DNA of 64,000 nt from Eledone cirrhosa (lineage: Eukaryota): the NCBI GenBank assembly GCA_964016885.1, contig OZ024742.1:162564001-162628000 (forward strand), in the 5' to 3' direction. This document shows, in pieces, positions 52,241-64,000 of the stretch (position 1 is its first letter; every line of letters starts with the position of its first letter). The position numbers were made by a program, and so were the translations under genes. The notes below the pieces were generated by a model. The model searched no databases and was not told where the DNA came from. It saw only the letters and a program-made list of their open reading frames with translations.

Positions 52241-53690
52241 GAATTTTAGGAATCTTAGGAATTTTAGGAATTTTTGGAATTTTAGGAATTTTGAGGAATT
52301 TTTTTGAATTTTCGGAATTTTATGTATTTTTAGGAATTTTAGGAATTTTAGGAATTTTTTGGAATTTTAGGAATTTTATGAATTTTAAGAATTTTATGAA
52401 TTTTTATGAATTTTAGGAATTTTATGAATTTTATGAATTTTACAATTTTACGAATTTTAATTTTAGGAATTTTATAAATTTCATGAATTTTATGAATTTT
52501 CGGAATATTATGTATTTTTAGGAATTTTATGAATTTTAGGAATATTATAAATATTAGGAATTTTAGGAATATTAAGAATTTTAGGAATTTTAGGAATTTT
52601 TAGGAATTTTAGGAATTTTAGGAATTTTATGAATGTTATGAATTTTATGAATTTTATGAATTTTAGGAATTTTAGGAATTTTAGGATTTTTATGAATTTT
52701 TGGAATTTTATGAATGTTAGGACTTTTAGGAATTTTTTGGAATTTTATGAATTTTATGAATTTTAGAAATATTATGAAATTTAGGAATTTTAGGAATTTT
52801 TGGAATTTTGGGAATTTTAGGAATTTTAGGAATTTTAGGAATTTTGGAATTTTAGGAATTTTAGGAATTTTTTGAATTTTAGGAATTTTAGGAATTTTAG
52901 GAATTTTTATGTATTTGAGGAATTTTAGGAATTTTAAGAATTTTTTTGAATTTTTTGAATTTTATGAATCTTTAGGAATTTTCTGAATTTTATGAATTAT
53001 ATAAATTTTAAGAATTTTAGGAATCTTAGGAATTTTAGGAATTTTTGGAATTTTAGGAATTTTGAGGAATTTTTTTGAATTTTCGGAATTTTATGTATTT
53101 TTAGGAATTTTAGGAATTTTAGGAACTTTTGGAATTTTAGGAATTTTATGAATTTTAAGAATTTTATGAATTTTTATGAATTTTAGGAATTTTATGAATT
53201 TTATGAATTTTACAATTTTACGAATTTTAATTTTAGGAATTTTATAAATTTCATGAATTTTATGAATTTTCGGAATATTATGTATTTTTAGGAATTTTAG
53301 GAATTTTAGGAATATTATAAATATTAGGAATTTTAGGAATATTAAGAATTTTAGGAATTTTAGGAATTTTTAGGAATTTTAGGAATTTTAGGAATTTTAT
53401 GAATGTTATGAATTTTATGAATTTTATGAATTTTAGGAATTTTAGGAATTTTAGGATTTTTATGAATTTTTGGAATTTTATGAATGTTAGGACTTTTAGG
53501 AATTTTTGGAATTTTATGAATTTTATGAATTTTAGAAATGTTATGAAATTTAGGAATTTTAGGAATTTTTGGAATTTTGGGAATTTTAGGAATTTTAGGA
53601 ATTTTAGGAATTTTGGAATTTTAGGAATTTTAGGAATTTTTTGAATTTTAGGAATTTTAGGAATTTTAGGAATTTTTATGTATTTGAAGA
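52235..53690. repeat. Higher-order unit of about 770 bp in Sat-B, roughly two copies, starting at the junction
   Basis: TTTTAAGAATTTTAGGAATCTTAGG at 52235 and 53006; TACAATTTTACG at 52441 and 53211; GACTTTTAGG at 52721 and 53491. Confidence 0.88.
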
Positions 53691-54699
53691 ATTTTATGAA
53701 TTTTATGAATTTTATGAATTTTAGGAATTTTAGGAATTTTATGAATTATATGAATTTTTGGAATTTTAGGAATTTTGAGGAATTTTAGGTATTTAAGGAA
53801 TTTTTTTAATTTTAGGAATTTTAGGAATTTTAGGGATTTCTATGAATTTTAGGAATTTTAGGAATTTTAGGAATTTTAAGAATTTTAGGAATTTTATGAA
53901 TTTTATGAATTTTTGGAATTTTAGGAATTTTAGGAATTTTCAGGAATTTTTTTGAATTTTCGGAATTTTATGTATTTTTAGGAATTTTAGGAATTTTAGG
54001 AATTTTAGGAATTTTAGGAATTTTTCCGAATTTTCGTAATTTTATGAATTTTTATGAATTTTAGGAATTTTATGAATTTTACAATTTTACGAATTTTAAT
54101 TTTAGGAATTTTATAAATTTTATGAATTTTAGGAATTATAGGAATTTTATGAATTTTGTAAATTTTATGAATTTTATGAATTTTAGGAATTTATGAATTT
54201 TAGGAATTTTCAGGAATTTTTTTGAATTTTCGGAATTTTATGTATTTTTAGGAATTTTAGGAATTTTAGGAATTTTAGGAATTTTAGGAATTTTTCTGAA
54301 TTTTCGTAATTTTATGAATTTTTAGGAATTTTAGGAATTTTACAATTTTACGAATTTTAGTAATTTTAGGAATTTTAGGAATTTTATGAATTTAGGAATT
54401 TTAGGAATTTTAGGAATTTAAGGAATTTTAGTAATTTTAGGAATTTTAAGAATTTTAGGAATTTTAGGAATTTTACTAATTTTAGGAATTTTAGGAATTT
54501 TATGAATGTTATTAATTTTATGAATTTTATGAATTTTAGGAATTTTAGGATTTTTATGAATTTTTGGAATTTTAGGAATTTTAGGAATTTTAGGAATTTT
54601 ATGAATTTTATGAATTTTATGAATTTTTCGAATTTTAGAAATGTTAGGAATTTTAGGAATTTTAGGAATTTTAGGAATTTTAGGAATTTTAAGAATTTT

Positions 54700-57600
54700 A
54701 GGAATTTTAGGAATTTTTTTGAATTTTTTGAATTTTATGAATTTTTAGGAATTTTCTGAATTATATAAATTTTAGGAATTTTAGGAATCTTAGGAATTTT
54801 AGGAATTTTATGAATTTTAGTAATTTTAGGAATTTTAAGGATTTTAGGAATTTTAGGAATTTTTTGGAATTTTTGGAATTTTAGGAATTTTAGGAATTTT
54901 AGGAATTTTAGGAATTTTAGGAATTTTAGGAATTTTATAAATTTTATGAATTTTATGAATTTTATGAATTTAGGAATTTTAGGAATTTCAGGAATTTTTT
55001 TGAATTTTCGGAATTTTATGTATTTTTAGGAATTTTAGGAATTTTCGGAATTTTAGGAATTTTCGGAATTTTTCCGAATTTTCGTAATTTTATGAATTTT
55101 TATGAATTTTAGGAATTTTATGAATTTTATGAATTTTACAATTTTACGAATTTTAATTTTAGGAATTTTATAAATTTTATGAATTTTATGAATTTTCGGA
55201 ATTTTATGAATTTTAGGAATTTTAGGAATTTTAGGAATTTCTATGAATTTTAGGAATTTTAAGAATTTTTTTGAATTTTTTGAATTTTATGAATTTTTAG
55301 GAATTTTCTGAATTTTATGAATTATATAAATTTTAGGAATTTTAGGAATCTTAGGAATTTTAGGAATTTTTGGAATTTTAGGAATTTTGAGGAATTTTTT
55401 TGAATTTTCGGAATTTTATGTATTTTTAGGAATTTTAGGAATTTTAGGAATTTTAGGAATTTTTCCGAATTTTCGTAATTTTATGAATTTTTATGAATTT
55501 TAGGAATTTTATGAATTTTATGAATTTTACAATTTTACGAATTTTAATTTTAGGAATTTTATAAATTTTATGAATTTTATGAATTTTCGGAATTTTATGA
55601 ATTTTAGGAATTTTAGGAATTTTAGGAATTTCTATGAATTTTAGGAATTTTAAGAATTTTTTTGAATTTTTTGAATTTTATGAATTTTTAGGAATTTTCT
55701 GAATTTTATGAATTATATAAATTTTAGGAATTTTAGGAATCTTAGGAATTTTAGGAATTTTTGGAATTTTAGGAATTTTGAGGAATTTTTTTGAATTTTC
55801 GGAATTTTATGTATTTTTAGGAATTTTAGGAATTTTAGGAATTTTAGGAATTTTAGGAATTTTTGGAATTTTAGGAATTTTATGAATTTTAAGAATTTTA
55901 TGAATTTTTATGAATTTTAGGAATTTTATGAATTTTATGAATTTTACAATTTTACGAATTTTAATTTTAGGAATTTTATAAATTTTATGAATTTTATGAA
56001 TTTTCGGAATATTATGTATTTTTAGGAATTTTAGGAATTTTAGGAATTTTATAAATATTAGGAATTTTAGGAATATTAAGAATTTTAGGAATTTTAGGAA
56101 TATTTAGGAATTGTAGTAATTTTAGGAATTTTATGAATGTTATGAATTTTATGAATTTTAGGAATTTTAGGAATTTTAGGAATTTTAGGATTTTTATGAA
56201 TTTTTGGAATTTTATGAATGTTAGGACTTTTAGGAATTTTTGGAATTTTATGAATTTTATGAATTTTAGAAATGTTATGAAATTTAGGAATTTTAGGAAT
56301 TTTTGGAATTTTGGGAATTTTATGAATTTTTATGAATTTTATGAATTTTGGAATTTTAGGAATTTTGAGGAATTTTTTTGAATTTTCGGAATTTTATGTA
56401 TTTTTAGGAATTTTATGAATTTTATGAATTTTATGAATTTTAGGAATTTTAGGAATTTTATGAATTATATGAATTTTTGGAATTTTAGGAATTTTGAAGA
56501 ATTTTTTTGAATTTTCGGAATTCTATGTATTTTTAGGAATTTTAGGAATTTTAGGAATTTTAGGAATTTTTCCGAATTTTCGTAATTTTATGAATTTTTA
56601 GGAATTTTAGGAATTTTATGAATTTTAGGAATTTTACAATTTTACGAATATTAGTAATTTTAGGAATTTTAGGAATTTTATGAATTTAGGAATTTTAGGA
56701 ATTTTAGGAATTTTAGGAATTTTAGGAATTTTAGGAATTTTAAGAATTTTAGGAATTTTAGGAATTTTGGGGATTTTATGAATGTTATTAATTTTATGAA
56801 TTTTAGGAATTTTAGGAATTTTAGGAATTTTAGGAATTTTAGGAATCTTACGAATTTTAGAAATGTTATGAATTTTAGGAATTTTAGGAATTTTAGGAAT
56901 TTTAGGAATTTTAGGAATTTTTTTGAATTTTTTGAATTTTATGAATTTTTAGGATTTTTCTGAATTATATAAATTTTAGGAATTTTAGGAATCTTAGGAA
57001 TTTTAGGAATTTTATGAATTTTAGGAATTTTAGGAATTTTAAGGATTTTAGGAATTTTAGGAATTTTTTGGAATTTTTGGAATTTTCGGAATTTTCTGAA
57101 TTTTCTGAATTTTAGGAATTTTAGGAATTTTAGGAATTTTAGGAATTTTTATGTATTTTAGGAATTATAGGAATTTTATGAATTTTATAAATTTTATGAA
57201 TTTTATGAATTTTCGGAATTTAGGAATTTTAGGAATTTTCAGGAATTTTTTTGAATTTTCGGAATTTTATGTATTTTTAGGAATTTTAGGAATTTTCGGA
57301 ATTTTAGGAATTTTAGGAATTTTTCCGAATTTTCGTAATTTTATGAATTTTTATGAATTTTAGGAATTTTATGAATTTTATGAATTTTACAATTTTACGA
57401 ATTTTAATTTTAGGAATTTTATAAATTTTATGAATTTTATGAATTTTCGGAATTTTATGAATTTTAGGAATTTTAGGAATTTTAGGAATTTCTATGAATT
57501 TTAGGAATTTTAAGAATTTTTTTGAATTTTTTGAATTTTATGAATTTTTAGGAATTTTCTGAATTTTATGAATTATATAAATTTTAGGAATTTTAGGAAT

Positions 57601-59270
57601 CTTAGGAATTTTAGGAATTTTTGGAATTTTAGGAATTTTGAGGAATTTTTTTGAATTTTCGGAATTTTATGTATTTTTAGGAATTTTAGGAATTTTAGGA
57701 ATTTTAGGAATTTTTCCGAATTTTCGTAATTTTATGAATTTTTATGAATTTTAGGAATTTTATGAATTTTATGAATTTTACAATTTTACGAATTTTAATT
57801 TTAGGAATTTTATAAATTTTATGAATTTTATGAATTTTCGGAATTTTATGAATTTTAGGAATTTTAGGAATTTTAGGAATTTCTATGAATTTTAGGAATT
57901 TTAAGAATTTTTTTGAATTTTTTGAATTTTATGAATTTTTAGGAATTTTCTGAATTTTATGAATTATATAAATTTTAGGAATTTTAGGAATCTTAGGAAT
58001 TTTAGGAATTTTTGGAATTTCAGGAATTTTGAGGAATTTTTTTGAATTTTCGGAATTTTATGTATTTTTAGGAATTTTAGGAATTTTAGGAATTTTAGGA
58101 ATTTTAGGAATTTTTGGAATTTTAGGAATTTTATGAATTTTAAGAATTTTATGAATTTTTATGAATTTTAGGAATTTTATGAATTTTATGAATTTTATGA
58201 ATTTTCGGAATATTATGTATTTTTAGGAATTTTAGGAATTTTAGGAATTTTATAAATATTAGGAATTTTAGGAATATTAAGAATTTTAGGAATTTTAGGA
58301 ATATTTAGGAATTGTAGTAATTTTAGGAATTTTATGAATGTTATGAATTTTATGAATTTTAGGAATTTTAGGAATTTTAGGAATTTTAGGATTTTTATGA
58401 ATTTTTGGAATTTTATGAATGTTAGGACTTTTAGGAATTTTTGGAATTTTATGAATTTTATGAATTTTAGAAATGTTATGAAATTTAGGAATTTTAGGAA
58501 TTTTTGGAATTTTTGGAATTTTATGAATTTTTATGAATTTTATGAATTTTGGAATTTTAGGAATTTTGAGGAATTTTTTTGAATTTTCGGAATTTTATGT
58601 ATTTTTAGGAATTTTATGAATTTTATGAATTTTATGAATTTTAGGAATTTTAGGAATTTTATGAATTATATGAATTTTTGGAATTTTAGGAATTTTGAAG
58701 AATTTTTTTGAATTTTCGGAATTTTATGTATTTTTAGGAATTTTAGGAATTTTAGGAATTTTAGGAATTTTTCCGAATTTTCGTAATTTTATGAATTTTT
58801 AGGAATTTTAGGAATTTTATGAATTTTAGGAATTTTACAATTTTACGAATATTAGTAATTTTAGGAATTTTAGGAATTTTATGAATTTAGGAATTTTAGG
58901 AATTTTAGGAATTTTAGGAATTTTTGGGAATTTTCGGAATTTTATGAATTTTTAGGAATTTTAGGAATTTTAGGAATTTTATGAATGTTATTAATTTTAT
59001 GAATTTTAGGAATTTTAGGAATTTTAGGAATTTTATGAATTTTATGAATTTTACGAATTTTAAAAATGTTATGAATTTTAGGAATTTTAGGAATTTTAGG
59101 AATTTTAGGAATTTTAGGAATTTTTTTGAATTGTTTGAATTTTATGAATTTTTAGGATTTTTCTGAATTATATAAATTTTAGGAATTTTAGGAATCTTAG
59201 GAATTTTAGGAATTTTATGAATTTTAGGAATTTTAGGAATTTTAAGGATTTTAGGAATTTTAGGAATTTT
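54700..59270. repeat. Higher-order unit of about 2.2-2.25 kb in Sat-B (two copies), each containing a 391-bp tandem pair
   Basis: The marker CCGAATTTTCGTAAT occurs at 55074/55465 and 57325/57716 (391 apart; the pairs are 2251 apart) and at 56572/58773 (2201). ORF pairs 56133/58334 (2201) and 56778/58981 (2203) agree. Confidence 0.82.
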
Positions 59271-62200
59271 CGGAATTTTTAGGAATTTTAGGAATTTTAT
59301 GAATTTTATGAATTTTAGGAATTTTAGGATTTTTATGAAGTTTTGGAATTTTGGAATATTAGGAATTTTTGGAATTTTGGGAATTTTAGGAATTTTAGGA
59401 ATATTAGGAATTTTGGAATTTTAGGAATTTTATGAATTTTAGGAATTTTATGAATTTTATGAATTTTAGGAATTTAGGAATTTTAGGAATTTTCAGGAAT
59501 TTTTTTGAATTTTCGGAATTTTATGTATTTTTAGGAATTTTAGGAATTTTATGAATTTTATGAATTTTACAATTTTACGAATTTTAATTTAAGGAATTTT
59601 ATAAATTTTATGAATTTTATGAATTTTATGAATTTTAGGAATTTTAGGAATTTAGGAATTTTAGGAATTTCTATGAATTTTAGGAATTTTAATAATGTTT
59701 TTGAATTTTTTGAATTTTATGAATTTTTAGGAATTTTATGAATTTTATGAATTATATAAATTTTAGGAATTTTAGGAATCTTAAGAATTTTAGGAATTTT
59801 ATGAATTTTAGTAATTTTAGGAATTTTTTGGAATTTTTGGAATTTTCGGAATTTTCGGAATTTTAAGGAATTTTAGGAATTTTATGAATTTTATGAATTT
59901 TATGAATTTTAGTAATTTTAGGAATTTTTTGGAATTTTTGGAATTTTCGGAATTTTCGGAATTTTAAGGAATTTTAGGAATTTTATGAATTTTATGAATT
60001 TTATGAACTTTATGAATTTTAGGATTTTTATGAATTTTTGGAATTTTATGAATTTTAGGAATTTTTTAAATTTTAGGAATTTTAGGAATTTTAGGAATTT
60101 TTATGTATTTTAGGAATTTTAGCAAGTTTATGAATTCTATGAATTTTAGGAATTTTATGAATTTTATGAATTTTAGGAATTTAGGAATTTTAGGAATTTT
60201 GAGGAATGTTTTTGAATTTTCGGAATTTTATGTATTTTTAGGAATTTTAGGAATTTTAGGAATTTTTGGAATTTTAGGAATTTTAGGAATTTTAAGAATT
60301 TTAGGTATTTCGAGGAATTTTTTTGAATTTTCGGAATTTTATGTATTTTTCGGAATTTTATGAATTTTAGGAATTTTAGGAATTTTATGAATTTTGGTAA
60401 TTTTAGGAATTTTAAGAATTTTAGGAATTTTAGGCATTTTTTGGAATTTTAGGAATTTCAGGAATTTTAGGAATTTTAGGAATTTTAGGAATTTTTTTGA
60501 ATTTTTTGAATTTTATGAATTTTTAGGATTTTTCTGAATTATATAAATTTTAGGAATTTTAGGAATCTTAGGAATTTTAGGAATTTTATGAATTTTAGGA
60601 ATTTTAGGAATTTTAAGGATTTTAGGAATTTTAGGAATTTTTTGGAATTTTTGGAATTTTCGGAATTTTCTGAATTTTAGGAATTTTAGGAATTTTAGGA
60701 ATTTTAGGAATTTTAGGAATTTTTATGTATTTTAGGAATTATAGGAATTTTATGAATTTTATAAATTTTATGAATTTTATGAATTTTCGGAATTTAGGAA
60801 TTTTAGGAATTTTCAGGAATTTTTTTGAATTTTCGGAATTTTATGTATTTTTAGGAATTTTAGGAATTTTCGGAATTTTAGGAATTTTAGGAATTTTTCC
60901 GAATTTTCGTAATTTTATGAATTTTTATGAATTTTAGGAATTTTATGAATTTTATGAATTTTACAATTTTACGAATTTTAATTTTAGGAATTTTATAAAT
61001 TTTATGAATTTTATGAATTTTCGGAATTTTATGAATTTTAGGAATTTTAGGAATTTTAGGAATTTCTATGAATTTTAGGAATTTTAAGAATTTTTTTGAA
61101 TTTTTTGAATTTTATGAATTTTTAGGAATTTTCTGAATTTTATGAATTATATAAATTTTAGGAATTTTAGGAATCTTAGGAATTTTAGGAATTTTTGGAA
61201 TTTTAGGAATTTTGAGGAATTTTTTTGAATTTTCGGAATTTTATGTATTTTTAGGAATTTTAGGAATTTTAGGAATTTTAGGAATTTTTCCGAATTTTCG
61301 TAATTTTATGAATTTTTATGAATTTTAGGAATTTTATGAATTTTATGAATTTTACAATTTTACGAATTTTAATTTTAGGAATTTTATAAATTTTATGAAT
61401 TTTATGAATTTTCGGAATTTTATGAATTTTAGGAATTTTAGGAATTTTAGGAATTTCTATGAATTTTAGGAATTTTAAGAATTTTTTTGAATTTTTTGAA
61501 TTTTATGAATTTTTAGGAATTTTCTGAATTTTATGAATTATATAAATTTTAGGAATTTTAGGAATCTTAGGAATTTTAGGAATTTTTGGAATTTCAGGAA
61601 TTTTGAGGAATTTTTTTGAATTTTCGGAATTTTATGTATTTTTAGGAATTTTAGGAATTTTAGGAATTTTAGGAATTTTAGGAATTTTTGGAATTTTAGG
61701 AATTTTATGAATTTTAAGAATTTTATGAATTTTTATGAATTTTAGGAATTTTATGAATTTTATGAATTTTATGAATTTTCGGAATATTATGTATTTTTAG
61801 GAATTTTAGGAATTTTAGGAATTTTATAAATATTAGGAATTTTAGGAATATTAAGAATTTTAGGAATTTTAGGAATATTTAGGAATTGTAGTAATTTTAG
61901 GAATTTTATGAATGTTATGAATTTTATGAATTTTAGGAATTTTAGGAATTTTAGGAATTTTAGGATTTTTATGAATTTTTGGAATTTTATGAATGTTAGG
62001 ACTTTTAGGAATTTTTGGAATTTTATGAATTTTATGAATTTTAGAAATGTTATGAAATTTAGGAATTTTAGGAATTTTTGGAATTTTTGGAATTTTATGA
62101 ATTTTTATGAATTTTATGAATTTTGGAATTTTAGGAATTTTGAGGAATTTTTTTGAATTTTCGGAATTTTATGTATTTTTAGGAATTTTATGAATTTTAT

Positions 62201-64000
62201 GAATTTTATGAATTTTAGGAATTTTAGGAATTTTATGAATTATATGAATTTTTGGAATTTTAGGAATTTTGAAGAATTTTTTTGAATTTTCGGAATTTTA
62301 TGTATTTTTAGGAATTTTAGGAATTTTAGGAATTTTAGGAATTTTTCCGAATTTTCGTAATTTTATGAATTTTTAGGAATTTTAGGAATTTTATGAATTT
62401 TAGGAATTTTACAATTTTACGAATATTAGTAATTTTAGGAATTTTAGGAATTTTATGAATTTAGGAATTTTAGGAATTTTAGGAATTTTAGGAATTTTTG
62501 GGAATTTTCGGAATTTTATGAATTTTTAGGAATTTTAGGAATTTTAGGAATTTTATGAATGTTATTAATTTTATGAATTTTAGGAATTTTAGGAATTTTA
62601 GGAATTTTATGAATTTTATGAATTTTACGAATTTTAGAAATGTTATGAATTTTAGGAATTTTAGGAATTTTAGGAATTTTAGGAATTTTAGGAATTTTTT
62701 TGAATTGTTTGAATTTTATGAATTTTTAGGATTTTTCTGAATTATATAAATTTTAGGAATTTTAGGAATCTTAGGAATTTTAGGAATTTTATGAATTTTA
62801 GGAATTTTAGGAATTTTAAGGATTTTAGGAATTTTAGGAATTTTCGGAATTTTTAGGAATTTTAGGAATTTTATGAATTTTATGAATTTTAGGAATTTTA
62901 GGATTTTTATGAAGTTTTGGAATTTTGGAATATTAGGAATTTTTGGAATTTTTGGAATTTTAGGAATTTTAGGAATATTAGGAATTTTGGAATTTTAGGA
63001 ATTTTATGAATTTTAGGAATTTTATGAATTTTATGAATTTTAGGAATTTAGGAATTTTAGGAATTTTCAGGAATTTTTTTGAATTTTCGGAATTTTATGT
63101 ATTTTTAGGAATTTTAGGAATTTTATGAATTTTATGAATTTTACAATTTTACGAATTTTAATTTAAGGAATTTTATAAATTTTATGAATTTTATGAATTT
63201 TATGAATTTTAGGAATTTTAGGAATTTAGGAATTTTAGGAATTTCTATGAATTTTAGGAATTTTAAGAATGTTTTTGAATTTTTTGAATTTTATGAATTT
63301 TTAGGAATTTTATGAATTTTATGAATTATATAAATTTTAGGAATTTTAGGAATCTTAAGAATTTTAGGAATTTTATGAATTTTAGTAATTTTAGGAATTT
63401 TTTGGAATTTTTGGAATTTTCGGAATTTTCGGAATTTTAAGGAATTTTAGGAATTTTATGAATTTTATGAATTTTATGAATTTTAGTAATTTTAGGAATT
63501 TTTTGGAATTTTTGGAATTTTCGGAATTTTCGGAATTTTAAGGAATTTTAGGAATTTTATGAATTTTATGAATTTTATGAACTTTATGAATTTTAGGATT
63601 TTTATGAATTTTTGGAATTTTATGAATTTTAGGAATTTTTTAAATTTTAGGAATTTTAGGAATTTTAGGAATTTTTATGTATTTTAGGAATTTTAGCAAG
63701 TTTATGAATTCTATGAATTTTAGGAATTTTATGAATTTTATGAATTTTAGGAATTTAGGAATTTTAGGAATTTTGAGGAATGTTTTTGAATTTTCGGAAT
63801 TTTATGTATTTTTAGGAATTTTAGGAATTTTAGGAATTTTTGGAATTTTAGGAATTTTAGGAATTTTAAGAATTTTAGGTATTTCGAGGAATTTTTTTGA
63901 ATTTTCGGAATTTTATGTATTTTTCGGAATTTTATGAATTTTAGGAATTTTAGGAATTTTATGAATTTTGGTAATTTTAGGAATTTTAAGAATTTTAGGA
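56887..64000. repeat. 3574-bp tandem duplication in Sat-B (about 56887-60460 and 60461 to beyond 64000)
   Basis: ORF pairs 57151/60725, 58334/61908, 58981/62555 and 60103/63677 are all offset 3574. CCG markers agree at 57325/60899, 57716/61290 and 58773/62347. Confidence 0.94.

Larger units (their letters stand above)
52235..64000. repeat. AT-rich satellite of about 9-bp period (Sat-B), units GGAATTTTA / TGAATTTTA with variable T-run length; runs off the right edge of the window
   Basis: Continuous (G/T)GAATTTT(A) units, 8-11 bp long depending on T-run slippage. The + strand is nearly devoid of C. ORFs read NFR/NFM/GIL tripeptide repeats (9-nt period). Confidence 0.99.

Noticed and set aside
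52225-52245. Microhomology or target-site duplication at the satellite junction
   Set aside because: The expected continuations (CCAAC for Sat-A, ATAAA upstream for Sat-B) do not overlap the observed flanks. The far end of Sat-B is outside the window, so a target-site duplication cannot be assessed.
52995-53010. TATA-box-like TATATAAA words in Sat-B
   Set aside because: They are recurring variants of the AT-rich repeat copied with the higher-order units, and there is no downstream gene.
53399-63937. Plus-strand NFR/NFM/GIL-repeat ORFs
   Set aside because: These are translations of the 9-bp unit, frameshifted at random by T-run length changes.
52235-64000. Human satellite II/III (GGAAT)n or a canonical telomere tract
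   Set aside because: The period is about 9 bp with T4 runs, not 5 bp. There are no tandem TTAGG or TTAGGG runs, and GGG is nearly absent.

Overview
This window has no supportable genes. It consists of two abutting eukaryotic-type tandem satellite arrays. (A) Positions 1-52234 are about 2,270 head-to-tail copies of a 23-bp monomer, consensus AACATAGGTAAYGGCACYCTCCY (about 50% GC, C-rich + strand), all in one orientation. The array is a nested mosaic of in-register duplications of about 138, 207, 276, 345, 1978, 4508 and 5500-5600 bp, plus dispersed 5-6.5 kb blocks recurring at offsets of about 16.8, 17.1 and 25.0 kb. (B) Positions 52235-64000 are an AT-rich satellite of about 9-bp period (GGAATTTTA / TGAATTTTA) with its own higher-order units of about 101, 391, 770, 2200-2250 and 3574 bp. 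The two arrays meet at a single-base-sharp junction at 52234/52235. All ORFs in the track are translation artefacts of the repeats. Most notable observations: (1) an out-of-register breakpoint at 18418-18444 that forms a perfect 10-bp hairpin, resembling a snap-back templated-repair scar; (2) the 23-mer re-phases as a GTAA...CTAAC-A-TAG mini-intron or recursive-splice-site-like unit (speculative); (3) the sharp satellite-satellite junction with a strand-skew flip; (4) a duplication history readable from shared private variants. I do not recognise either satellite family or the organism. Boundaries and counts were obtained by eye and from ORF-track offsets, so they are approximate.
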